Of a DNA stretch of 42,306 nucleotides, positions 12,501 to 24,106 are shown piece by piece. The stretch's first letter is position 1. The number at the start of each line of letters is the position of its first letter. The stretch lies in contig NC_068985.1 of the NCBI RefSeq assembly GCF_001194135.2, positions 126,815,004 through 126,857,309 on the forward strand. The letters run 5' to 3'. The position numbers and the translations under genes were made by a program. Source of the stretch: Octopus bimaculoides. Lineage: Eukaryota. The notes under the pieces were generated by a model that was given only the letters and a program-made list of their open reading frames with translations, had not been told where the DNA came from and ran no database searches.

Positions 12501-14325
12501 ATCCAAAGGTATTTCTTCTGACATTCTAAGAATTTTGTCAGCTCGCCACATTGAATCAATCCCATAACAATAGTGTGCATCATACACACAAGCCAACAAA
12601 TTTTGGGAGAGGGCTAACACTCAGTCAAGTAGTTGACTGATATGTATTTACACAACAGAGACTAGACCATCAAAATGCAAAGTCAATTGCAGCAAGATTT
12701 GAACTCAAAATATAACAAGATGTAAGAGAACAGCAGATACCATCAGGTATGGACTCCTAACCATTTCCATTACATTATCATCACAGTAATATAATTTTAA
12801 TAATTTCCTTTGAATATTATAAGAAAAATTTTGTAGTGGAGGAGTAGAGACATATCACTCACCTCCAGAATATTACTGATAGTTATTTTAGTAATGCTGG
12901 AACGATGAAATTCAAACCAACACAACAGCAGTATTCTGCCTCTCTTGACTAAAAGATAACCACTCCGTTCCCTGCAAAATGCTTTTAATTTAGAGATACA
13001 GCCAGCAATTTTTGAGGAAGGAAGTTAGTCAATACTAGCAACCCCAGTAAATGACTGATACTTTATGTTATTGCATAAAAGGGCTGAAAGACAAAATTGA
13101 TGTTAGCAGTATTTTAACTCAAAACATAAAGAACCTTAACTAAATATTAAAAGGCTGGTGCTTTAATAATTCTATCTACCCAGCATACTTTATATTAATA
13201 ATAATAATAATGATGATCATGATTTCAATTTTTGGCACAAGGTTAGCCATTTTGGGGAAGGGGATAAGTCAATCACATCGATCCCAGTGTTCAACTGGTA
13301 CTTATTTTATCAACCCCAAAAGGATGGAAGGCAAAATCAACCTCAGCAGAATTTGAACTCAAAACATAAAGACAGACAAAATGTCACTAAGCATCTTGCT
13401 TGGCATGCTAACGATTCTGACAGCTCACTACCATGATAATAACAATAATAAATTTTGGCACAAGGCCAGCAATTTCAGGGGAAGGGGTAAGTTAATGACA
13501 TCAACCCCAGTGTTCAACTGGTACTTATTTTATTGACCCCAAAAGGATGAAAGACAATGTCAACCCCATTGAAATTTGAATTTAGAACATAAAGAGCCAG
13601 AACAAAACAAATACTGCAAGGTTTTTGCCTGACACTTCTACCAATCCAACATGCCCTATGATGTTAATTATAATAATAACAGCAATAATAATAATAATAA
13701 TAATAATAATGGTTTCAATTTTTGACACAAGGACAGCCATTTTGGGGGAGGAGATGTTTCAATTAGATTAACCCCAGTGTTTCACTGGTACTTAATTTAT
13801 CAACCCTGAAAAGGGACAAAGCTGACCTCAACGGAATTTGAACTCAGAACGCAGTGACAGGCAAAATACCGCTAAGCATTTAGCACGGGATGCTAACGAG
13901 TCTGCCAGCACATTGCTTCAATAACAATAATAATCTTGTTGTATTGCAAAAATTGGCTTTACTTCGCACTTCACACATACTGCATAAGGTACTGGCCATC
14001 AGAGGTCCTTGTTGTGACTTGACAAACAGTACAAATCCCTAGTGTACATAATATTTTCAATCTACATCACAATATTGGATACTGTGTCATGTCTTTAATA
14101 ATAATAATCCTTTCTACTAAAGTCACAAAGCCTGAAATTTTGGCAGAGGGGACTAGTTGATTACATCAACACCAGTATTTCACTGGTACTTATTTTATCA
14201 ACCCTGAAAGGATGAAAGGCAAAGTCGACCTCAGTGGAATTTGAACTCAAAACATAAAGACAAACAAAATGCTGCTAAGCACTTTGCCCAGCGTGCCAAC
14301 AATTCTGCCAGCTCACCACCTTAAT
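9545..14325 (-). repeat. Head-to-tail array of about 18-19 tRNA-SINE copies (about 220 bp each)
   Basis: Recurring unit (sense on minus): AAGGTGGTGAGCTGGCAGAATCGTTAGC...GAGTTCAAATTC...GCCTTTCATCCTTT...AGTACCAGT...(ATT)n. Best copies are about 11603-11822, 13220-13430 and 14105-14323. From memory, the central part resembles the Meta/MESC SINE domain (unverified). Confidence 0.9.
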
Positions 14326-14481
14326 GATGATGATGATGATGATGATGATGATGGTGACGGTGGTGGTGGTGGTAATGATAAACCAAAGAAAGCATAGAAG
14401 ACAGGAAAGAGTGAGGGATTAAAAAAATGGAAAACCACTTAAGTAAATAGTTCTTACATAAAAACTAACAAATCACTTTAG

Positions 14482-14487
14482 TTTATT
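14482..14487 (-). terminator. Candidate TMEM115 polyadenylation signal
   Basis: AATAAA about 730 nt past the stop, followed by a U/GU-rich stretch (TTTGTTAGTTTTTATGT), just before the SINE array. Other AATAAA hexamers exist in this UTR. Confidence 0.3.
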
Positions 14488-15132
14488 ATCTTTCCAGCTT
14501 GTCGCCTTTTTTTCTTTTTTATCATCTCTTTCAACAATGTCTTTTTTTGCATTTTTTGTTTTACACATGCATGTGTATGTGTGCATCTGAGTCTGTGTGT
14601 ATCTCATTTCATTTTCAACTGGACTTATGTCACCGAAGGATTAGTTGATATTATTTTTTGTATTTTTATTTTCTTTATTATTGTTATTTTTCATTATATA
14701 TATATTTTGGATGGCATTGGGGAGAGAAACTTTACATCTTCTTGTAACAAAGATGCCAAAGGAAAAACTTAGGGTTTCCAAAAACAGACAAAAAAAAAAA
14801 ACCCATGCGTCCAGTAAGTTACTATTTATAGCTCTGTTCCGGAGGAAAAGATACCTCTTTTTTTTTTTGTGTGTTTTTTTTTTATTTTCAAAGCATTAAA
14901 CAAAAAAAAAACAAAAAAAATAAATAATTAGAACAACAGTAATAATAAAAATAATAAAAATAAAGATAATAATATATACAAAATGTCAGCGTTATTTTGT
15001 TCCTTTGTCTTTTTGCATCTTTCATTTCACATTCTTTTGTCATTCATTTCATTTCATTATATATGATTTGTGCAAATGAAAGATTGAAATCGTATTTCAT
15101 ATCAAAACAATTAAAATAATAAAGATGATAAC

Positions 15133-15182
<50 letters not shown>
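15133..15182. repeat. (AAT)n microsatellite in the TMEM115 3'UTR
   Basis: About 17 perfect units starting about 30 nt after the stop codon. Confidence 0.95.
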
Positions 15183-15184
<2 letters not shown>

Positions 15185-15213
15185 TAAAAAAGAAAGACTG
15201 AAAGAAAGGAAAA

Positions 15214-15454
15214 CTATGACAAAGAATCAGTTGAATTCTTCATGTTTTCTTTGAAGTCTGGCACAGGTAGCTTTGTTGGAACGAACTGTGATTTTTCTTT
15301 TGCTGCCCCTGCATCTGGTTTTGTTTCTTCTTTTGTTGGTAAATGACTAGTTAAAGAAGATTTGGGAAGATCTCCTTCTTCAACAAGGGATGGCCATTTG
15401 GGTTGTTGGTCAACTTTACTAAGTCTCTCGTTCAATGCTTTTAGAGCCAATTGT
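15214..15454 (-). CDS. TMEM115: TMEM115 coding exon 3 (to stop)
   Basis: A polypyrimidine tract and CTCAG|A complete an Arg codon. Reads QLALKALNERLSKVDQQPKWPSL...DSLS with TAG at 15216-15214. Total CDS 704+174+241=1119 nt = 372 aa + stop. Confidence 0.95.
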
Positions 15455-15532
15455 CTGAGGATTGCAAAAGAAGGAAAAAAAAGAATTAAGACAAATAAAA
15501 CAATCAGTATATCAACAACAACAACAAAAATT

Positions 15533-15884
15533 GTAGGTGTGGCTGTGTGGTAAGAAGCTTGTTTCCCAACCACATGGTTCCGAGTTCAGTCCCACTGTGT
15601 GGCACCTTGGGCAAGTGTCTATAGCCTTGGGCTGACCAAGGCTTTATCAGTGGATTTAGTAAATGAAAACTAAAAGAAGCCTGTCATATATATTTGTGTG
15701 TGTGTGTGTTTTTGTGTCTGTTTGCCCCTGTAACACTAGCAGTTCAGCAAAAGGGACCGATAGAATAAATACTAGGCTTAAAAGACAAGTCCTGGAGTCG
15801 ACTTGTTCAACTAAAACCCTTCAAGGCAGTACTCCAGCATGGCTACAATAAAATGACTGAAACAAGTAAAAGAATAAAAGAATA
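15533..15884 (+). mobile_element. tRNA-derived SINE, second family (CORE-like GGCACCTTGGGCAAGT block)
   Basis: Head GGCTGTGTGGTAAGAAGC...GAGTTCAGTCCC, internal (TG)n, tail GACTGAAACAAGTAAAAGAATAAAAG. Lies about 80 nt from the exon 3 acceptor. Confidence 0.8.
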
Positions 15885-16739
15885 ACAATGGTTTCTAAGA
15901 TAGGCCCATGGCCACAAAATTAGAAGTGGGAGAAAAATAAATCCAATTAAATTCTAACAGAAAGGAATCTTACTGGAAACACCAAAGATTTTATACTGAG
16001 AAATGAACACAGTCTATGTCTGAAAAGCAAGGGACCCCAGAAACTACCATTTAGAAAATAAAATGTATTTGTTTCCCACATTCATTTCGAAGTAAAGAAA
16101 GTAACATGATTTTTAACTTGATGATATGGATGAAACCTGTTTTTGATCTCCCAGGAAACTGTGTTGCTGACATCAAAGGAGGAAAAGCTATTCTTGAGAC
16201 GACCACAGAACATGAAAGGACACACTTAATTGTGTGTTAAGATTTTTCACTGCTTCTTTTCTTCACCATTTTCTTTTTGACTTGTTCTTAATTCCCTTTA
16301 TCTTCTTTTAACTTCTCTTAACGTCCCTTAAGTTATTCAGTTACAGTATTTCATCCTCCTGTACCATCCCATCAATGCTCTGGGCCCCATTCCTTCTGAG
16401 TATACCCTGGCACTTCACCATCATCTTTCTCCTGCTCTCTCTTGAACTCTTGCTGCCCCCCCCCCACTATCTCTCTCTCTCTCTCTCTTTGCCTTACTCT
16501 TCTCCCTGGCTGGGCTGTCATGTATCTCCTCCTCTACAGCGACACAGCTGTTTCTGCCTTCATTCTTCATCACTCCCTCTCTCCTCCTCTCCCTCTTCCC
16601 TCTGGCTAGGTAACCAAATCTCTCTTTTACAGCAGCACACCTGTTTCTGCCTCTGCCTCTCCGTCACACTGTAAACTTTCCTCATTTAGCATAAGATCAC
16701 CTCCTCCAACCCCCCCCTCTTCCCTCTCAAAATTCCTTG

Positions 16740-17390
16740 TCTTGCAAGTTACTGGGTGACCCTGCCAGCGCTAGTGCCCCATAAAAAGCATCCAGTCCAC
16801 ACTGTAAAGTGGTTGACATTTGGAAGGGCATCCAGCTGTAAACACCATGCCAAAACTGACCCTGCCTCTGCTGGTGCCATTTTAGAAGCACTCAGTCTAC
16901 TCTACAGGGTGGTTGGTGTTAGGAAGGGCATCCAGCCATAAAAACCATGCCAAAACAGACACAGTCNNNNNNNNNNNNNNNNNNNNNNNNNNNNNNNNNN
17001 NNNNNNNNNNNNNNNNNNNNNNNNNNNNNNNNNNNNNNNNNNNNNNNNNNNNNNNNNNNNNNNNNNNNNNNNNNNNNNNNNNNNNNNNNNNNNCCAAAAC
17101 TGACCCTGCCTCTGCTGGTGCCATTTTAGAAGCACTCAGTCTACTCTACAGGGTGGTTGGTGTTAGGAAGGGCATCCAGCCATAAAAACCATGCCAAAAC
17201 TGACCCTGCCTCTGCTGGTGCCATTTTAGAAGCACTCAGTCTACTCTACAGGGTGGTTGGTGTTAGGAAGGGCATCCAGCCATAAAAACCATGCCAAAAC
17301 AGACACAGTCTTCTACCTAGCTGGCGCCTGTCAAACCATCCAACCCATGCCAGAATGGAAGACGGATATTAAATGATGATGATGATGATA
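16740..17390 (+). repeat. RTE-type tail copy with 100-bp direct repeats around a gap
   Basis: CCAAAAC unit starts at 16850, 16950, 17094, 17194 and 17294. N-run at 16967-17093. Confidence 0.8.
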
Positions 17391-17714
17391 TTTCATCCTC
17401 CTCATTTACCTTCCTAACCTCTCCTACTAATGGAGTTACCATTGCCTTTCTGTAGTTTACACTTTATTGTAGTACTTGTGTGTATGGCAGATGGAACTAA
17501 GCTTAAGTCAATGGTGATATTTAAGAGAAAAGGATAACCAGAGAGAGAGAGAGAGAGAGAAACTGCCATATAGAATTTTGGTTCACTGTTATCCTAAAGC
17601 TGTAATGGACAAAAGACAAAGATGACATTAAAAATTGTGGCCATACAAGAGTTGGATAAGAAACCATGGGCCCTCTTAAAGAAATCACTCCTAGTATGGT
17701 ATTAGTTCTATGCA

Positions 17715-18610
17715 CATCATCATCAACATCATTGTTTAATGTCTGCTTTCCATGCTGGCATGGGTTGGATGGTTTGACTGAGGGCTGGCAAGCCAGAAGG
17801 CTACACCAGGCTCCAATCTGATCTGACAAGGTTTCTACAGCTGGATGCCCTTCCTAATGCCAACCACTCCGAGAGTGTAGTAGGTGCTTTTTATGTGCCA
17901 CCAGCACGAGGGCCAGTCAGGTGGCACTGGTATTAACCACACTCAAAAGGTGCCTTTTACATGCCAGTCCAGCGGCACTGGCAACGACCATCCTTGAATG
18001 GTACTTTTTACGTGCCACCAACATGAACCATGTTCATATGGTGCATTTTAAGGGGGCACCAGCACTAGAGTCAGTCCGGTGGGACGGGCATCAACCACAA
18101 TCAAATGGTGCTTGTTACATACCACCGGCACGAGTGCCAATCAGGCTGTACTGGCATCAGCCACGACAATGATTTCACTTGACTTACAGGTCTTCTCAAC
18201 CACAGTTTATTGCCCAATGATTGAAGGGTACTCTTAAATGGGCCAGTTATGCGACACTGGCATAGGCCACAGTTAGTCTCACTTGGCATGTCCGATTTTC
18301 TCAAGCACAGCATATCTCCAAAGGTCTTGGTTACTTGTCATTGCCTCCGTGAGGCCCAACGTTCAAAGGTTGTGATTCACCACCTCATCCCAGGTCTTCT
18401 TGGGTCTACCTCTTCCACAGGTTCCCTTCACAGTTAGGGTGTGACACTTTTTCACACAGCTATCCTCATCCATACGCAACATATGACCATACCATACCAC
18501 AAGGCAGAAAAGGTGAAAGAGTAGAACAAGCTGCTGAACACAACTCAAACTGTGATACAATGCAACCACTCACTTCTGCTACAACATTCCAGTGTGGTGC
18601 TGAATAAATC
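17715..18610 (-). mobile_element. RTE-clade LINE 3' end (ORF2 C-terminus, 3'UTR with VNTR, (GAT)n tail)
   Basis: WYGHMLRMDEDSCVKKCHTLTVKGTCGRGRPKKTWDEVV is followed by the same 3'UTR and tail found in many short copies in this window. Confidence 0.8.
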
Positions 18611-19206
18611 AATCTTGTCTCTCGTAAAATCATGGATAAAGAGGGGACATTTCAATTGGGATGGGCAATGACAATTTTTTTTAAGACAAGAATATCAAAT
18701 AACATAAATGAAGCTAAAGATCACCATTTGAAGACTGTTGAACAAAATGATGAAGAAGATAGATCAAAGAAAATACCAAAAACATGAGGTGTTAAAGGAA
18801 ATTAGAACAGCAAGACTGGGAGGACTTGGGGACAATGGTGATTGTGAAGAATCTTTGATGGCTTTCAATTGATTTTTAAGTTTTATTTCTTTTAAGCAGT
18901 AATTAATCTTTTGTTAACAATTGATAATTTCATAATACTGCTTGAGTTTAGATGTGCTTTGATGAATTTCTTTTAATAAATACTTTAGCATTTCAACCAG
19001 TTATATCCAGCCCAAATATTCTATTTGCTATTTGGTCAGTATTAATTTAAAATCTAGATTATGAGTAGTAGCAAACATGATGAGTTAATGAGAATCCTAA
19101 AGGAAAATGCCCAATATATTATTTACTAAGGAAGATATTTTATTTCAAAAAGTATTTTCTTTAAAGAACACATTTTGAAAATTAAAATAGGTATAATATG
19201 ATTAAG

Positions 19207-19590
19207 GTGGAGGCGCAATGGCCCAGTGGTTAGGGCAGCGGACTCGCGGTCATAGGATCGCGGTTTCGATTCCCAGACCAGGCGTTGTGAGTGTTTATTG
19301 AGCAAAAACACCTACAGCTCCACGTGGCTCCGGCAGGGGATGGTGGCGAACACTACTGTATTCTTCCACCACAACTGTCTCTCACTCTTACTTCCTGTTT
19401 CTGTTGTGCCTGTAATTCAAAGGGGTCAGCTTTGTCACACTGTGTCACGCTGAATATCCCCGAGAACTACGTTAAGGGTACACGTGTCTGTGGAGTGCTC
19501 AGCCACTTGATTTCACGAGCAGGCTGTTCCGTTGATCGGATCAACTGGAACCCTCGATGTCGTAGGCGACAGAGTGCCAACAACAACAAC
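19207..19590 (+). mobile_element. Young, intact tRNA-derived SINE with a 9-bp TSD
   Basis: A box TGGCCCAGTGG, B box GGTTTCGATTCC, (CAA)n tail. ATGATTAAG flanks both sides (19198-19206, 19591-19599). CpGs are largely intact. Confidence 0.88.
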
Positions 19591-19662
19591 ATGATTAAGA
19601 TACATTAAGAAAAAAAATGAAGTAAAAAATAAAAATAAAATTTTAAAATAATTAAAACTTAC

Positions 19663-19836
19663 CGTCTGCGTTCTGCATCCTGAGGGTCTGTGCCAGGTAA
19701 TGTGACTGTGATGGTTGTTGGTGAACTGACATCATACTTCCGTTGGGGTTTCTTACAAATCCTCATCTTTACCAATGTGCTGAATATAGTATTTGCCAAT
19801 ATACCCACAACTGGTTGTAACCGGCTTGGGAAAAAG
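19663..19836 (-). CDS. TMEM115: TMEM115 coding exon 2
   Basis: Acceptor TTTATTTATGCTGTAG|C completes a Ser codon (AG+C). Reads FFPSRLQPVVGILANTIF...SSPTTITVTLPGTDPQDAERR, then CG|GTAAGT. 174 nt; frame is continuous with exons 1 and 3. Confidence 0.96.
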
Positions 19837-20489
19837 CTACAGCATAAATAAATATAAAAAAAGAACATAATGTATAAAATACTAAGATCCCACACAGATT
19901 TTTATTGCAAAGTACTGTAACAGTGATGCCTTTCCCAAGGACATTATAGACACTTAATGAAGTGGAGTGAAATGGCCGTAACTGGGAATTAAAATCAGGT
20001 CATCAAAAATAACAAGGAACCTAGAATTCATTATTGTACTTGTCAAAATAATTATAATAATAATAATAATCATCGTTTAACATCCGCTTTCCATGCTAGC
20101 ATGGGTTGGACGATTTGACTGAGGACTGGTGAACCAGATGGCTGCACCAGGCTCCAATCTGATCTGGCAGTTTCTACAGCTGGATGTCCTTCCTAACGCC
20201 AACCACTCCAAGAGTGTGGTGGGTGCTTTTATGTGCCACCAGCACGAGGGCCAGTCAGGCGGTACTGGCAATGGCCACACTCAAATGGTGCTTTTTATGT
20301 GCCACCTGCACAGGAGCCAGTCCAGCGGCACTGGCAACGACCTCGCTCGAATGTTTTTTCATGTGCCAGTAAGGCAACGCTGGTAACGACCACGCTCAAA
20401 TGGTACTTTTTATGTGCCACTGGCACGGAAGCTAGCCAGCTGCTCTGGCAATGATCACGCTCAGATGGTGATGATGATAATAATAATAA

Positions 20490-20698
20490 TAATAATACTG
20501 TAAGCACAAGGCCTGAAATATTGATGGAACTGGAAAGCTGATTACATCAAGCCTAGTGCTAAACTTGTACTTATTTCACTGACCTCCAAATGGATGAAAA
20601 GAAAAATTGACCATGGTAGAATTTGAACTCAGAACTTAAAGATGAACGACATGCCACTAAGCATTTTGTCCAGCATGCTAACCATTCTGCCAACTCAC

Positions 20699-20700
<2 letters not shown>
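20490..20700 (-). mobile_element. Array-type SINE, dispersed copy (others at about 2040-2210, 2840-2985, 36720-36860(+), 39490-39660, 40250-40345, 41215-41430(+))
   Basis: Shared GAACTCAGAA/GAAAGG/GCCAAC blocks and AAT-repeat flanks. Confidence 0.75.
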
Positions 20701-20732
<32 letters not shown>

Positions 20733-21259
20733 TGATGATGATGATAATGATAATAATAATCTCTCATGGATTCTGAGCATAACTGATTGGAAGTGTTATG
20801 CACATTTTGTCTTGGTATAAAAGCTGGGCTTTAGCAAACATTTTGTTTAGTATCACAGATTTGCTTGTCATTTGCTTGTACTTCACCAGGTGAGCATGGC
20901 TGACGGTATGTGCATCTCTGAACACAAGCAAGAGTAGTTGGGGAGCATCATAGCCATGTGTTGAAAGGAATTCTTTGGGGCGTGAAGTATTCATCTCTGG
21001 AAACATGGGTGTTTCACTCATCATCCTTAAACAAACCTTATTCAGAGACCTTTTGAGTGAAATGAGCTACTTGCCTTGAAGAAAATTCTAACTGGGCCTC
21101 ACCTGCAAGATCATGTACTATTTATCTTGATATGAGATCAGCATGTTGTGCACATATGGTTTTGATGCATGCGCCTGGTGTATCTTTATCAGATGGGTAG
21201 TCACACTGGGAATATTGGGCTTTGTACATTTGTACCCCAGTGTCACTTTGATGACATGC

Positions 21260-22305
21260 ATAATAATAATAATTGTTTCTTTATTGGCTACAAGAACTAA
21301 ACACAAAACAAATAGGGACACATGGGGCTTAACACAAAAATCAAGAAAACAATAAAATAACAATGACAATTAACAATTAAACAAGAAAATTCCCAAAAAG
21401 TGGAGAGTTCCTCACAGGGACAACTGAGAAACCCCACACATTATGGTTATCCCAACCGCCAGATCCACCTCAGCAGGTGCCTCTCTCTTTCTCAACTCCT
21501 CCAGTTTACAACTGAAAGTTCAGAGTAGGCCCATTCACATGGGCCACCCTTACCACATGCACCCACCTTTCTACAAATTTACTGGAGGGCAGAACTTCCC
21601 TCTCTACACTCACTTTATTCTTCAAGTGGAACTTGAAAAAGTCGATGAGGGTTTGGCCGAAGAGGAAAGTATCTGTCTTCAGTCCTTTCAATCTCGTCCA
21701 CCACACTACTTCCTTTGCCATAACCACCAGACAGAGGAAAACTGCCTTTCCTTCCCTGCCAAAGGAAGGCGACAGGGCAATCTTCATGATGGACCTGGCT
21801 GATAACCGGATCCATCTTACATGTGATAACAGCTGTTCAGCAAAGCTCTACAAGTCAGTAATGCACAGACACTAGGCAAGTGTGCGCAGGATGGCTTCAT
21901 TACTCAGTGCACACCTTGGACATATCTGTCTGAGAGCATTTCTGTGTCTGTAGAGCTTGTCTCAAACTGGTAGAGCTCCCTGGTAGCACTGCCAGGCCAG
22001 GGATTTCTGAAAGTTATCCATAGGCCTCAGCCCGAAAGTCCTTCAGAAAAAACCCAGTTAATTGATCTCTCCTGACACTCAGAGTTTCCCTGAGGATTTC
22101 GTCGCTCTTGCCCGACACTAATCTCCTACAGAACTCCATGGTAGAACTTCCAGTGACCGTATTACCTGACTGGCAGACAGCTGTGAGTACTTTCTGACAC
22201 TCTAGGTGCCAAGTGCCCTTTCTTGGTTTTATGCTTGATTCAGGACTGTAGCTCTGTCAATGAGACAAGCTGCAGAAAATCCTGCTTGACAAACAGCGAC
22301 CACTA
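21260..22305 (-). mobile_element. Tx1/L1-clade LINE 3' fragment
   Basis: zf-RVT-like region KSLAWQCYQGALPV*DKLYRH...ICPRC...EAIL..C, then VFLCLVVMAKEVVWWTRLKG...KFVERW, then a 3'UTR, AATAAA (21285-21280) and an (ATT)n tail. Confidence 0.75.
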
Positions 22306-22314
22306 ATCTCTGGC

Positions 22315-23755
22315 ATTTCTAGCTTAAGGGTGCAGATTTTTAGGGAAAGAGTATGATTTATAGAACTGCCCTCAATCTATTACTGACACTTGTTTTATTG
22401 ACCCTAGAAGAATGAAAAGCAAGTCCAACTCAAACATGATTTGAACGTAGAATGGGGGCTTGAAATGCCATGTAGCATTTATTCCAGAAGCTACTGTTTC
22501 TATTAATACATTACTTTAAAAAAACCCAAAAAAAACCCTGATTTCTAACAAAGGATACACGAGGCCATACATTTTGGGGGAGAGTATAGTTGATAATATC
22601 AAACCCAGTACTTAACAGACATTCATTTCACCAATCTTGGTAGGAGTTGAGCTAAACAAGTAAATGATTCCTGAGAAAGGTACAAGACTTCAAACATTTG
22701 AGGAAAGCAGAGTCAATTAAATTGACTTCAGTACTCAATGAATGATTGCATAAGCCAGATGGAATTCACTGAGGCAGATTTCCTACAATCAGATGCCCTT
22801 CCTCTCATCAAACCCTACCTATTTCCAAGCAAAGCATTATTTCCTTATGGCCTGACATGTTTCAGGCCTCATTTACAACTATTGCACAATATCAAGACAA
22901 GGAGACACATACATACAAACATACATACACATAAGCTTCTTTTAGTTTCCATCCACCAAATTTAGGGTAAAGGGATAGTCGATTACATCAACCCCAGTGC
23001 TTGACTGGTATTTATTTTATCAACACCTGAAAAGTGGAAAGGCAAAGTTAATCTTGGTGGCATTTGAATTCAGAATGTTAAGTGAGAAGAAATGCTGCTA
23101 AGCACTTTGTCTGGTGAGGTAATGATTCTACCAGCTCACCACCTTAATAATGATAATGGTTTCAGATTTTGTCACAAGGGCAGCAATTTTGGGAAGGAGA
23201 TGAGTTGATTACATTGACCCAAGTGTTCAACTGGTACTAATTTTATCGACCCTGAAAGGCAGAAAGATAAAGTCAACCTCGGCGGAATTTGAACGTAGTA
23301 TGTACCAATGGGGGAAATACCACTAAGCATTTTGTCCAGCACACTAATAATAAGCCTTTTTACTACAGGCAAAAGGCCTGAAATTTGGGGAATGGGGATA
23401 AGTCAATTACATCGAGCCCAAACAATAATAATAATAATAATACAGACATAAAATCAGAAGTTTGTAAGAAGGGAACACCTGATTAAATCACCCCCCCCCC
23501 CATTACTTGACTTTATTTTATCAACCACAGAAGAATGAAAGGTAGAGTTGACCTCTTTGGGATTTGAACTCAGGATGTACAATGCTTTAACTAAATATCA
23601 TAATGCATTTTTGTCCATTAGCCTAACAATTCTGCTAGTCAACCACCAGACACAAGACCTGCAATTCTGAGATGGTTGAACACTTGATCTTACTAACCCC
23701 AGTATTTGACTAGTAAGTTATTTTATTGAACTTTAGAAAGATGAAAGGCAAAGAA
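22315..23755 (-). repeat. Second cluster of the same SINE family (about 7-8 full or partial copies) in intron 1
   Basis: Same unit, same strand, (AAT)n spacers. Interrupted at about 22740-22960 by a different SINE. Confidence 0.85.
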
Positions 23756-24106
23756 GGTATTACACACACATACCCTAATACATACATGTATCATCAACAT
23801 TTTCATCATTTTAACATTTACTTTTTCATGCTTGCATAGGTCAGATAAGAGTGTGCAGGGGCAGTTTCCTATGGCCAGATGCCCTTCTTGACACCAACCC
23901 CCAACTGCTTCTAGGTGAGGTAATAACCTTCCAGACTGTCAAGCAACAAACATTCAAAACATGTTAATGTGGAAAACCAGAAAAAAATTACACTGGAATG
24001 AGTATTTAGTTTACAAACACTATGTGACTTGTCAAGAAGTCTAGACACATATTTGATTTGAGAAATACAAACTCACTCGCACAAACACACACAGTTACTA
24101 TTATTA

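Noticed and set aside
16500-16660. GAAACAGCTGT on the minus strand as another hammerhead
   Set aside because: No proper CUGANGA box or stem I, and G at the cleavage position. It lies in a pyrimidine-rich internal duplication.
16850-17310. 100-bp tandem repeat as a biological array
   Set aside because: 16850-16966 is identical to 17194-17310 across an N-gap, so copy number is unreliable and probably partly artefactual.
18620-18880. Possible alternative TMEM115 exon in intron 2
   Set aside because: No convincing acceptor/donor pair in a compatible phase and no homology.
19206-19280. Possible tRNA gene
   Set aside because: It has A/B boxes but continues into a 300-bp body, a (CAA)n tail and a TSD, so it is a SINE head.
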